Positions 26,262 to 39,551 are shown, numbered from the stretch's first letter. The stretch is 64,000 bases of DNA from Octopus sinensis (GCF_006345805.1 NC_042997.1:134044001-134108000), one strand, 5' to 3'. A program made the numbers and translations. The notes: generated from the letters alone by a model not told the origin.

Positions 26262-26952
26262 TTCTATTCATATATAACAATGGTTGTATTCGTATTTTCC
26301 GTATATGTCCACGATTGTCTGTCAGGCAACTTTTGGCTACAACTGAACAGAGACGTAATGTTTCAGAAACTGTGGACACTGTTCTTGGTCCAATTTCTAT
26401 GCGTTATGACGACGGAAGGGGAAGCTAAAGACAGAGTGATGTTGTAGGGATGCGTGTTTACGTATGTGCGTATAGAAGCTTTCGTATAGTTTACTCATCT
26501 AGTGGTTCCTGGAAGAACTCAGTGCCGTATGCAGTCCTTGTTTACACTCCTTGTACGCATGTGCAAGATTTTCGCAATCAGCTATGTAACACGTGGTGCT
26601 TCTTTGCTTACTGGACTAACAGAACGTCACAGTGATGTGTAAAATACTCGATTCTGCTTGGCTAAAATGTCAAAATTTTGCTAATTTTAAAGGCTAATAA
26701 CTTTTTAATTAAGAATTTTGTAGGAAAAATGATATTCATTTTCATAAATAGAATACAAAACTTTTCTATTCCTATATAACAATGGTTGTATTCATATTTT
26801 CCGTATATGGCCAAGATTGGTTGTCGGGCAACAGTTGACTACAACTCATCAGAGACGTAATGCTTCAGAAAAGGTGAACACTATTCTTGTTCCAATTTCT
26901 ATTGGTTATGGCAGAAGGGATAGCTACAAACATGGTAAGCTATTAGGGATGA
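26262..26952 (+). repeat. Diverged direct duplication, period ~502 bp
   Basis: 26262-26455 aligns with 26764-26952 (tttctattc.tatataacaatggttgtattc...tagggatg). Confidence 0.8.
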
Positions 26953-27712
26953 GACGCTGAAACGAAACTGAGAAGTAGTAAGTGATCATCTAAATATGGA
27001 AAAAGGGAACTATGTAGAGAACGAGAAGAAAATTCGAAGTGCAAATGTGCGTGTAAATGAAGGTTAAGTATAAAGACAAAAGAAAAAAAAAACAAACAAA
27101 ACTATGAATAAAATATACGAAATTATATAGGTGGAATCGAGATTAGAAATGAGTAACAGAGAAATGATATCAACAGGAATATTTATTGGTAGAGAAACGA
27201 GAGAGAATTGAGGTAGATAACAATATTGGTTGAGAAACGAAGACATCTTCAGGTTCTATTTCAAAATATATATCTAATTTTACATCCCTTTGAAAATAAG
27301 CAATACAATTAAGCATTAAAGATAAAAATTTACGAATTAAAAATTAAGAATAAAAATTATACTTTGTAATATTAAGAATTAAAATTTATAAATTATACAT
27401 TATAATATATATCAATCATGTAAAATCAAGTATATGTCAAATACAGAATGTGAGATCTAAGGTTAAACGTCAGAATAAAAATGACTGTGTTTAAATGTGA
27501 TATATAACAAGAAAAACTCAAATACATATCTTTTTTGTTTTTCGCTGGTACAAAAATGATTTTAGTACCGTTTTAGTACCAGCGAAAAAAAAAAAGGAAG
27601 ATATGTTTATTTTTGTATTATCTGAAATAGAATACCCGCATATCGATTAACCCCCGAAAATTGAATATTGAGTGTGTGTGTGTATATATATAATATATAT
27701 ATATATATATAG

Positions 27713-27889
27713 GGAGATGTACTCGCATAGCAAGTGATTTGATCTGATATCGTGTGCTGGAACGAAAACAATTGCAGCGTGGAAGGTGTTTGTAAGCCTG
27801 ACAAATTAAACTTAAATGTTGAAGTGAATCTAACGGCTTTTGTGTGTTTCTTAAATGGCTTACAAACACCTTCCACGCTGCAATTGTTT
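27713..27889. repeat. Interspersed repeat with internal inversion (33-bp perfect inverted repeat)
   Basis: 27766-27798 is the reverse complement of 27857-27889; same family as ~7240-7597. Confidence 0.75.
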
Positions 27890-28045
27890 ATATATATATA
27901 TATATATAAATAACCAACTTACTTAGAAATGGATGCGTGCGTTCCGTTATATAATAACAAATTAATAAATAAAACATATGCATATATACATACATATATG
28001 TACGTACCTACATCTACATGCATATATATATATATTATATATATA

Positions 28046-28099
<54 letters not shown>

Positions 28100-28269
28100 A
28101 CAATTGAGGGTAAAATTAATTAATCAATTTCACCAAGTGTTCAGTATGTAAAAGGACCATTTAAGGCGAATTCAAAATATTACATTATATAATTAGGGCT
28201 TAGTAAAATAAATTACTTTGCCACATACTGAACTTAGTAGAAATAGCAGCCAAAAAAAAATAAAGAAAT

Positions 28270-28332
28270 TTTGAGCTGACGAAAGAAATGCTGATTTTAC
28301 TTGGCTAATCTTGAAACGTTGACGTACTCAAA
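28270..28332 (+). ncRNA. Type I hammerhead ribozyme
   Basis: tttgag-CTGACGA-aaga...tctt-GAAA-cgttgacg-TA-ctcaaa; all core nucleotides present; GUA cleavage triplet at 28324-28326. Confidence 0.85.
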
Positions 28333-28829
28333 CGATCTATGTACTTGTGATATTTTTCTGTATTTACCTCCAAACCTTCGTGAGCTGTCTGGAGTAAACA
28401 TTATCTGAGAGAAATTTTTGTTTAAGTAGTAGAAACGGCTAAAAATTTTTTTGGCTGCTATTTCTACTAAGTTCAGTATGTGGCAAAGTAATTTATTTTA
28501 CTAAGCCCTAATTATATAATGTAATATTTTGAATTCGCCTTAAATGGTCCTTTTACATACTGAACACTTGGTGAAATTGATTAATTAATTTTACCCTCAA
28601 TTGTTGATATTATAATTCATTTCTCTCTGTCATACTGCCTCGGTTCTCGCGGTTAGAATATAATGTTTGCTAGATAGACCACGTGGGTGGAAAAGGAGTG
28701 CAGAAATTTACGCCTGCGCATTTTTAATTTGTTGGCACTGTCAGTTGGAGCTGGTTCATTTGAAGCGACAAGTTCGCAGATAGGTAAGGTTCCTTCTTTT
28801 TAGTGTTTCCAAATTCCAAATTAAGAAAT

Positions 28830-28892
28830 TTTGAGCTGACGAAAGAAATGCTGATTTTACTTGGCTAATCTTGAAATGTTGACGTACTCAAA
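28830..28892 (+). ncRNA. Type I hammerhead ribozyme (second copy, +560 bp)
   Basis: Identical to 28270-28332 except C>T at the first stem III position (U-G wobble). Confidence 0.8.
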
Positions 28893-29082
28893 CGATCTAT
28901 GTACTTGTGATATTTTTCTGTATTTACCTCCAAACCTTCGTGAGCTGTCTGGAGTAAACATTATCTGAGAGAAATTTTCTTTAAGTAGTAGAGACGGCTA
29001 AAACAATTTTTTTGGCTGCTATTTCTACTAAGTTCAGTATGTGGCAAAGTAATTTATTTTTCTAAGCCCTAATTATATAATG

Positions 29083-29119
<37 letters not shown>

Positions 29120-29450
29120 CCGTCTCAGTTCGAATTCCGCCAAGGCTGAGTTTGCTTTCATTCTTTAGTAGTTGAAGCTGAGTTCAATTTCCTCCGAGGC
29201 GGAAAAATTGCACTAGTCAAACAAATCGACCCCATGACTAATTCTTTGTAAGCCTAATACTTATTCTATCGGGTTTCTTTTGCCGAACTGATAAGTTACG
29301 GGGACATATACGCACCAACATAGGTTGGAAAGTGATGGTGGGTTGACAAACACAGTCATAGGAATACATACATACATACATACATACATACATACATACA
29401 TACATACATGCATACATACATGCATATATATATATATATATATATATACA

Positions 29451-30296
29451 TCTTTATATATATAAAACTGAGAATGTGTGTGTGTCTGTCTGTCTGTCTG
29501 TGTGTTTCCCTAAAACTTGAGAACTACACAACCAATTTCATTCAAATTTTACACATGCCTTACTTAGGGTCCATGTAGTTTCATGGGCAAAAAAATGTTC
29601 AACTTCTTGCCTAGAGCGAGCCCATAGCAATATCATATCTTCTCCACTATTTCAGTATTACGTGTTAAAAGTGAAACAAAAACATTTCTCTATTTTATGT
29701 CAGATACTTTCACTTTAACAATAAAAAATAATAACAATTGAATTATATGTAGTAAGTAATAATTAAAATCAAACTATAATATAAGAAGATTTGAACACAT
29801 GGAGGAAAGCACATTCGAAAAGTGTCTTGGTGCGACTATGAAAGATATCTAATCAGAGGCGGTAAATTCGCCACAATAGAAGCAAGGTTCGAGTCAACGG
29901 AGCGTGTAAGGGAGTCCTCGACTCGAACTTGCAAAGTGGAAATATTTTATTTTTACCTTTATATCTGGGACGTAGGACGTCCCGGAAAAAAATAAAAAAT
30001 GCTCCCCCCCCACACAGAAGTAGAGGTAGGCTGGATTGTAGACACACTACTATACAAGAGGGAGGACAAGATACAATTGATCGAAATTACAAGAGACGGG
30101 CTAACAATTCCAGTCTGTTATATATTTTGAGTATTGTTATCACTAGCGATATCAAGATATAACTTTGTATTATGTATTTTATGTGTAGATGTAGATATAT
30201 ATATATAGATGTACATGTAATATGTACACATATATATATACACATATATACATACACTAGCACTATGACCCGGCAACGACGGGTCTTTAATGCTAG
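29451..30296 (+). mobile_element. Non-autonomous Helitron inserted into the microsatellite of a SINE B
   Basis: A|TC start (tctttatatatataaaa); 3' hairpin gacccggcaacgacgggtc then CTAG|T. Confidence 0.75.
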
Positions 30297-31429
30297 TATG
30301 TATACATATATACGACAGGCTTCTTTCAGTTTCCGTCTACCAAATCTACTCACAAAACGTTGGTCGGCCCGAGGCTTTTGTAGAAGACACTTGGCGATGG
30401 TGCCACGCAGTGGGACCGAACGCGGAACCGTGTGGTTGGGAAGCAAGCTTCTTACCACACAGCCACTATATAAGGACTGCACTTATATAAGAAGAAAACC
30501 CTATTTTCATTCCAAACGTTTTATTTTTCTTTTATCACGTCTTTTGTTTTAAGCGAATACCCATGTTCTAAGCGAATACCCATGTCAAGCAACGGTAAAT
30601 GTATTTAAATACACCTGACTGATCTATTAAAATCATAATGTTTTCTATGTCATCGCACAATACGAACATAGAAAGAAGTTCTATTTCATTGCACTCCAGT
30701 AACTGAAGAGGCTTTTCTTAAAAATATTTTTGCACTTTCTCTTTCTGTCACTTTCTCTCATATCACTCCCTTCCTTTCTCTTTCTTCATAATACATACAT
30801 ACATACATACATACATACATACATACATACATACATACATACATAAAAACGCACGCCCACACACACGTACATATATATATGCACAATATGTGTGTGAGCG
30901 CTCGAACGTGTATGTGCGTGTGAGTATGTGCGTGTGTGTATATATATCGTTGTGTTTGTCCACATGATCGCTCGATAAACGGTATTGATTTGTTTTCAGA
31001 CTCCTGTAACGTAGCGGTTCGACAGAAGTGACCAACAAAATAATTACCAGACTTGTTTGACCAAAGCTATTCAAATTGGTGCCCCAGCATGGTCGCAGTT
31101 CAATGAGTGAAAAAAATAAAAGAACAAATGACAGAAGAATCATGCAGTAACAATTTTGCATAATATTATACAATAAAACCGGACGCGCGAGCGCGCACAC
31201 ACACATGCACACACAGATACACACACACATACACATAAAATAAGGATGATAATGACGCTAATTATGATTATCAGATAGTCAGCAGTGAATTTATCCCTTA
31301 AAATAATTATATATATATAATTATTAATTCAATATATAAATTGGTTATTTCCAGGCTGACTATCCGATACTTATCATTAACGTGATTTTTATCCTTATTT
31401 TATGAATATAAATAAATAAATAAAATATT

Positions 31430-32620
31430 ACCAGCCCTGGAGCAACCAACATAAAGCTGACCATGAGAAAAGCAGGCCAGTAGATTTCAAAGTCTGACTT
31501 TGAGCTTTGTTAATAGACATTGCAAAGCATAGTCGCACTGGGAATTGTGTTCATTTGAACTCAAATGACGTGTCTGTTGTTATTATTGGAAATTCTTGGA
31601 ATGAAAACCTCTTTCCAAGAGGTACATCCAATGATGATGGAAGCTTATATCACCTTAGCTGATAATATCTTCACAATCAACCTTGTCCCATTGCATAATT
31701 GAGTAGGATTTAAATTTCTTAGAAGCATTATTAGGATTCTTACCTTCAGAAAAAGTTTATGTGGAGGAGTTCCAGGTGGCTCAAGACAATTAAGGAACCC
31801 TGTTGGGTAATGGACAGCTTGATTTTCATCAAGGACTGAATCAACTGATTTGTACTCCTTAATGGCTGTTGGAATCTTGTTTGTAAATCTTCGCTATTGT
31901 CTCACTTTTTTGAGCAAAAATTGCCCTTTCACGCAACCATTTATGTGAATTATAATTATTACTCAAGTCTGAAAATACCCTGTTCTTCAATTTAGCTGTG
32001 GAAGTCACCATGATAGCACTATGAGTCAAACTGATATCACCATTCCCATCAAATGGTGCTTTCTCATTTCCTGATTGGAGGAGCCAGGCTTTGCACAGTG
32101 GTCCTGATGTAATAAAGTTCGCACGTTAGTATTGAAGGAGAAATTCTGTTTAATTTCATAGGTGTGAAGACTTAATGCATTTTATTTCATCAGGTCTTGT
32201 TCGTCTCGGAATGACTGGTAATGTCTGTCTGAAGTCTCCCGATAAAAATAATGTAACTCATCCCATGTATTTATTGTTGCCTCTAATGCCCTGTAAGGTC
32301 TTATCAAGAGCTTCCATTGCATCTCTATGTGACATGGTGCATTCATCCAAAATGATAAGGTGGCATTGGTACAATCCTTCTGCTGAACCTGAATCTTTGA
32401 TTATGTTACAAATTGGACTGTCATTTGTGTCCAAGTTTAGTAGTAATTTAAAAGCAGAATGAGCTGTTCGTCCTCCAGGGAGAATGGTGGCAGCAAAGCC
32501 AGGCAATGCTACAGCAATTGAAATTCTTTTTTGTTGCCTCAACTTGGAGAGAAGCAATGTTGTCATAAATGTTTTACCTGCGCCACAAAGAGAATCAAGA
32601 AAGACAATTGCTCTGCTTTT
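31430..32620 (-). pseudogene. Helitron Pif1-like helicase fragment
   Basis: GAGKTF, GGRTAHSAFKL, LIILDECTM, GDFRQTLPVI, MLLRNLNPTQLCNGTRL, QFPVRLCFAMSINKAQ; stops and frameshifts. Confidence 0.9.
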
Positions 32621-33236
32621 TTCGGGCGATTGTGGAACGCCGCACGCACGCGCGCGCACAGACGCACAAATGCATATACATTCAGTATCAAAACATCAGA
32701 TAAAATGGATGTGCGTGTGTGAGAGAGAGAGAGAGAGCGAGTGAAAGGGTGTGTTGTTATGTATATGTTCAAACATAAATAAATAAGCATACATCTTTTT
32801 TGTTTGTGTACGTGTGTATGTGTGTGTATGTATGTGTGTATATGTATTGTGTGTGTGAGAGAGAGAGAGAGAAACTCCCGTTTAAACATAACTCTCTCAC
32901 ACACACATACATACAAAAAGATGTATGTGTATGTATTTATGTATGTACGTATACATGACAACACACTCTCATACACACAATAAGTGTATACAAAAAACAC
33001 TACATACGAAAACACGTGTGTATGTAGGACTGACAACAAATACACAGAGTTGAACACGGCGAGCAAAAAGTAAATAAATAAAAAAAAATTACGGAAATTA
33101 ACGAAGTGTGCGAGTTCAAGCGAAAGAATGCCCATATTTTTTGGACGCCCAATGTTGAATTGCAAAATTTCAATGTGATATTTGTATAATAACGAAATCA
33201 AACCTGGAGTGTGTATGTGTGTGTGAGTGTGTGTGA

Positions 33237-33287
<51 letters not shown>

Positions 33288-34160
33288 AAGAGAATATTGT
33301 AAACAATGAATGAGATAAACACTAAATGAATAAGTCTTATAAATAAAAAGCACGTTAAAAACTATTTTGTACAGAATATTTAATTTTGTGAACTTAATAA
33401 ATATTTCTTTCAGTAATTTATCGTAGTTGTTTACAAAAAAAACAAACAAAATAAAGCTTGAAATGAAAGCATTAAAATAGAAAGCGAGAGACTTCGCCGT
33501 TTTTACGTCGATACCGGAAGTTGACATTGAGAAAACCTTTTTAAAGCAGTGAATCATAAATATAAAGCAATATTATTTATTTTTAGCAACAAAATAAACT
33601 GATGACCCTATTAGGTATCCAAGGTCAAATTATTCATACTCCCCATGTATGGAACCACTTCGTACAGCTGTTTCCGCACGGAAAGTGAATAACACACAAG
33701 CAGGTCTATTTCATATAGAAAGGGATATATATATATATATATATATAAATTATATATATAGTTTTTATGTATTTGTGCAGCTGTAAACTTTTAATATTCT
33801 TCAATATTTTAGTGAGTGATACATTAAATATATTTTAATAATTTACATACACAGATTTTATGGCTGAGTATATGTTGTATTATTATGTGACATATTAATA
33901 AATATCTGTAAATATAAAACCATTCAGGTATTTCTGAGAACCTTATTTCTTCTAATATATAATGCCTGTACATCATCTCCAAACCTTCTAATTGGTATAT
34001 ATATATATATATATATATAACATGTATGTATAACACACATCCACAAGCACACACACATGTACATACATTCACATATGTACATAGTTATGTGTATAGTTAT
34101 GTGTATATGTTATGTGTATTATTATTCTAAATTGTTGAACCTACCTGAATTATCCTTTTA

Positions 34161-34195
<35 letters not shown>

Positions 34196-34203
<8 letters not shown>

Positions 34204-34601
34204 TAAATTAGAGACAAAACCACTATTAGGCAAATCAAACAATGAAAGACTTAAGCCAATACATATGATTGATTTATATTATTTAAATATGTAACAATTA
34301 TTAAAAAATATAATTAATATCCACTACGATCGTTTCCTGTCTGCTGTCTTTAAATTTTTGAGTCGCAGTCATTCATCAGGTGGTTTCAAAATTTGGCCAA
34401 GAAAAATTTTGAAACCACCTGATTAATGACTGCGACTCAAAAATTTAAAGACATCAGGCAGGAAACGATCGTAGTGGATATTAATTATATTTTTTAATAA
34501 TTGTTACTTATTTGAATAATATAAATTAATCATATGTATTGGCTTAAGTCTTTCATTGTTTGATTGCCTAATAGTGGTTTTGTCTCTAATTTAATATAAT
34601 A
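34196..34601. repeat. ~400-bp near-perfect palindrome carrying a hammerhead on each arm
   Basis: Arms of about 195 bp around a ~10-bp spacer near 34395-34404; begins at a (TA)n tract. Confidence 0.9.
34321..34383 (-). ncRNA. Type I hammerhead motif (minus arm); the plus-arm copy 34415-34477 has a mutated core CTGATTA
   Basis: ccac-CTGATGA-atgactgc...gcagacag-GAAA-cgatcg-TA-gtgg; palindromic stem III; closing pair of stem II is mismatched. Confidence 0.65.
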
Positions 34602-34697
34602 TAATATTTTACTATAAAATTGGATTCAATCCTAATCTGATTTTTCCCTGTAAGTTTGGATTTATTCCCTAATATTTATTATTATTATTATTATTAT

Positions 34698-34744
<47 letters not shown>

Positions 34745-35195
34745 GATAATATAAATAACATATAAATATATGCATATATATATACATATATGTACATAGC
34801 TATATATATATGTATATATACATGCATATATGGGTATAGGGCATAAAAAAACGTAGACAAATTGAGGAACAAGAACATAAAATACAAAAACATAGAAAAC
34901 GAATCCCTTTTCGAACAACGAAAAAATATAAACAGAGAAATGAGACATGCAACACAAAGAACATTCCCATCACCAGTTGTCCCCTGTTTTATCTACTCAA
35001 TGTTTCGAAGGTAAGGACAAGACGCGACTTCGTTAAAACAGTCCTTTCCGCAAAGCAAATTAAATAAAATTTGGGATTCTTTGCGGAGGGTGAAAGTGGT
35101 AACAAAACAGGACAGTGAGAACAAAACAGTAAAAACAAACGGTGAGCGCTGTTAAGCCAATACGATGTGAAGTGGTGAATGCTGGAAAAAGTTCC

Positions 35196-35474
35196 TCGGC
35201 GGAATTTGAACTCAGAACGTAACGGTAGGCGAAATACCTATTTCTATTTCTTTATTACCCACAAGGGGCTAAACACAGAGAGGACAAACAAGGACATACA
35301 TAGGTATTAAGTCGATTACATCGACCCCAGTGCCTAACTAGTACTTAATTTATCGACCCCGAAAGGATGAAAGGCAAAGTCGACCTCGGCGGAATTTGAA
35401 CTCACAACGTAACGCAGACGAAATACCGCTAAGCATTTCGCCCGGCGTGCTAACGATTCTGCCAGCTCGCCGCC
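35196..35474 (-). mobile_element. SINE A joined to a second, headless SINE A piece
   Basis: Tail aataaagaaatagaaatag runs into gtatttcgcctaccgttacgttctgagttc; same junction in 43265-43656. Confidence 0.75.
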
Positions 35475-35475
35475 C

Positions 35476-35759
35476 GACTCTTGATTTGGCCTCTCCCGAC
35501 TATCATCTCTTCCCACAACTGAAGAAACATCGCAAGGAAACGAAATTTCTCTCCGATTCCGAAGCGCTCACTGCTACAGAGGTTTGGTTGGAGGCCTAAC
35601 CTTCCGAGTTCTTTTTACAAGGCTTAGAAAGACTGAAGGACTGTTGCAATAAGTGTGTGAATCTGAGAGGAGGGGAATATGTTGAATAGAATCATAATTA
35701 ACAGACCCTCCTGTATTTTCTTTTACCCACAGCCAAGAACTTTTTAGCACTCTCTTGTA
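35476..35759 (+). mobile_element. mariner transposase C-terminus plus right TIR
   Basis: DLASPDYHLFPQLKKH...WLEA*PSEFFLQGLERL...KCVNLRG; the same right end occurs inverted at 55548-55636. Confidence 0.8.
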
Positions 35760-35799
35760 TTTATACCTTACATCCACACAGATGCATACACACACAGGC

Positions 35800-35842
<43 letters not shown>

Positions 35843-36226
35843 TACACATGCACAAACACGCATTCGCATACAACCTCTCTGTTGACAATGAAAGTAGGTC
35901 GATTCCCCAGATGCACTTCTCTCGCTTCCTTGCACCGCATGAATGCACACAGAGCTCCTTGTTGTGCTGTTTTTGTGACCATAGCCCTCTGCTCCTTCTC
36001 TCTAATCGCTCCCGCCATGTATACTGAATCCCTAATTAGTAGGTAGAAAACCTTAATCTTGTTTTACTAGTTTGTATCGGATTCTAAATCACTTTCCACT
36101 TCGCATGTGTAACGGCTTCGTCTATGGCACCTTCTTCCCTCCCCTGCGTTCAGCACAGTTTCAACGGCAGCCACAATTTCTTTGAACGCCCAAATAGAGT
36201 TACAAACATCAATATGCACCCAGGTA

Positions 36227-36458
36227 GGGCGGCGAACTTGCAGAATCGTTAGCACGACGGGTGAAATGCCTAGCGGTGTTTTGCCTGCCGTTACGTTCTG
36301 AGTTCAAATTCCGCCGAGGTCAGATTTGCCTTTCATCCTCTCGGGGTCGATTAAATATGAACCAGATATGCATTAGGGTCGATGTAATCGTCTTAATCTC
36401 TTTCTCTGTCCTTGTTTGTCCTCTCTATGTTTAGCCCCCTGTGGGCAATAAAGAAATA
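36227..36458 (+). mobile_element. SINE A with 16-bp TSD
   Basis: aatatgcacccaggta at 36211-36226 and 36459-36474. Confidence 0.9.
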
Positions 36459-37130
36459 AATATGCACCCAGGTAAACACACATGCGTATAATTTTTAAAA
36501 ATGTATATTACACACACATACACACGGATACAAAGACATAGATACAGATGCATTACACACACGCACACACACACACAAGCACACATGTATGCATTTTTTT
36601 CTTGATGCTCATTCTTTAAATTTACATCTCCGACAAAATTTTGCGCTACTTAAGTTTTCTCGTTACCTAATTTCTCTAGTAGAGTCCCATCTATACAATA
36701 CCTAGTAAACGACTATTATCCAAATCTCCAATTTTTCTTCATGTTCTTAACCGATTTTATAATCTTATATATTTTAATTTTAAATAATAAAATATTATTT
36801 TTGTTGTTAGCTCTTTCACAATGGTTTTTTTACGTCCTTGTTTTGCTGTTTCTTGTTTACTAAGATTATATCCTTTCTTTCAACCAACCATGCTGAAGTG
36901 CCATATGCGTAAAATTTCACTCAAAATTACCAGAAGTATTCAGTAATTTCTAAGTACTTACTTACTCTTCTAACTTGATGTTGACTTTATAAATCGGTCA
37001 ACTTGTTTACCATTACAAGTAAACAAACAGCAAAGGAGTTTTCCAAGCATCACCGTTTATTCCATCTACTTGAAGTGCAAATATTTTCCCTCCTTGAAGC
37101 GGACATAGTTTTCCCTCTATCTGGCTATCC

Positions 37131-37199
<69 letters not shown>

Positions 37200-39494
37200 G
37201 CACACACACACCAAAATACACTTGTACTTATACATATAACTGGGAAGTGGATCACTTAACATAGACTTAACTAAGTGAAATGCTAATCGGATAATAAAGC
37301 ATAATTTCCACTAACCTGCTGACACACGCATGCAAATTTTTGAAAAAAACGGTAATTTATTTATTTTTGACACTGCACCACGCCACAGGGAAATGTTAAG
37401 GGTCAATTTGCCCTATGTAAAAGTGACAAAAATGAAACTAAACTCTGAAACAGGCTTTGATGGTTTTGCTATAACTCTTATAAAAGCACTTTACAAAGTC
37501 CGACTTGGTTATTTTTCATTAGAAAGCCCTCTAAAAAGAATTAAATGAAGTCTTAATATTTTACAGTTTTTTTATGTAAGCATATGGATATGAAAATAAA
37601 CAGATCAACAGACAGCCGGATAGGTACATAGGTTATAAGAACAGACAAGCACACATGCGCAAATGGAGACTGACACACATGATGATGTATACACACACAC
37701 TTTACTCCACACAAGGACACATATGGAGACACGGATCCACACATATAGAGATGCACATCCATCCATACATACAAACATGGTACATAGTTGCATAACACAC
37801 ACACACACATGCACACACAAGGAGACAGAGGTGCATACATTTACAAACACACGCTCACACACACACACATACATAGAAAATACACAAACACGGACATGCA
37901 AGCACATGAATATACAGGATACATACATACAGATGCAAACACACATATATATGCATATATACACATGCATGCATACATACATACATACATACATACATAC
38001 ACACATACATACGTACAGCTGACCCACACACATGCGCACAAACAAACAAAAAGGAACACAGTGTAAATAACGAACAGAGTCAAGACTATTGAAAAGGTTG
38101 CAAGACGCAACGAAAATTTTATGAAAATGAAAATAAGAAATAAGTGGAAATTTTACCGGTGAGTGTGTTATATTATAAGGCACAAGTGAGGGCGCGTGGC
38201 TTAGTGGTTAGGGCATTCGGCTCATGATCGTAAGGTTGTGAGTTCGATTCCCGGCGACGCGTTGTGTCCTTGAGCAAGACACTTTATTTCACGTTGCTCC
38301 AGTCCACTCAGCTGGCAAAAATGAGTTGTACTTGTATTTCAAAGGGTCAGCCTTGTCACTCTCTGTGTCACGCTGATTATCCCCGAGAACTACGTTAAGG
38401 GTACACGTGTCTGTGGAATGCTCAGCCATTTGCACGTTAATTTCACGAGCAAGCTGTTCCGTTGATCGTATCAGCTGGGACCCTCGTCGTCGTAACCGGC
38501 GGAGTCTTTAAAATAAGGCACAAAAAGAAAATGACTCTCCCCAGACACAACAGAATAATTGGAACGCAGTATAACCGTGAAAACAGCAGAACGATTAAGT
38601 ATTTTATCTCCTTATAAGACAGAAAAACAAAAGCTCTCAGCAGACAGCCACGGGACTCGAAACTCCGCACCTCTCAAATGCTCGCTGGCAGCAATCTACC
38701 TCAAATTAATATTTTGATTACAAAATGTTGTTGAAGTCAATATGTTTTATTTATAAAAGAGAATGTTAGAGAGAGGCTATAACGTACTGGCCGGTCTCAC
38801 CGATTTTCCAGTATTTGCAAAATATGGGAATGTGTTGTCAGAGAGAAAACTACTACTTTTATTTTGGGGAGAATTATTTGCAAAATAGTGTTAAAAAATT
38901 GCCATGGCAGCCGTTGCACACAGTTACTGCTGTATAATGACAGAGGATAACAAGTCGCATTGGGTTAGGTTAGGCTGTTCGGTTCAAGTGTATTTAATTC
39001 CTGGAGTGGGCGGCGCGTTGTATTCTTGAACGAAGCACTTTATTCGTGTTGCTCCAGTGTTTTCGACTGGAAATATGTAGCTGTCATGCACCTGTTGTAG
39101 CCCTCTCTCCCTCTGGGATATGCCGGTACTTCAAAGAGGGAGAGGGAGAGAGAGGATATCCCTGTCTGCTCATGACGACACTGGCACATCTTGCGAAGTC
39201 ACACTTGTTCGTAGGCGGCGGATACTGGATCTTGTTAAATTTCTTGAAGTATTTCAAATTTTTACCATATTTTAAAGGCAGATGTAGTTTTGCATACTGA
39301 GGACTAAGATCACATCCATTTTTTTTAGAAAAGATATTAGCGTGGCTGTGTGATAGGAAGCTTGCTTCTCAACCACATGGTTTCGGTTTCAGCTCCACTG
39401 CGCAGCACCTTGAGCAAGTGTCTTCAACTATAGCCGCGGGCCGACCAAAAGCTTTGTGAGTGGATTTGTTGATAGAAAGTGAAAAAAAACCGTC

Positions 39495-39551
<57 letters not shown>

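Larger units (their letters stand above)
28097..29087 (+). mobile_element. Hammerhead-bearing non-autonomous element: inverted arm plus 560-bp direct repeat
   Basis: 28094-28257 inverted versus 28446-28610; direct repeat 28262 vs 28822; (TA)n on both sides. Confidence 0.85.

Noticed and set aside
31430-32659. Host PIF1 helicase gene
   Set aside because: Intronless, disrupted, with Helitron-type motifs.
35870-36225. GC-richer unique segment with a short hydrophobic ORF (MNAHRAPCCAVF...)
   Set aside because: Stops in all plus frames and the implied intron is too short; no recognisable homology.
37605-38183. Cys/Val/Tyr-rich and His/Thr-rich ORFs (also the many YI/CV/LSIY ORFs)
   Set aside because: Degenerate CA/TA/ATCT microsatellite translations.
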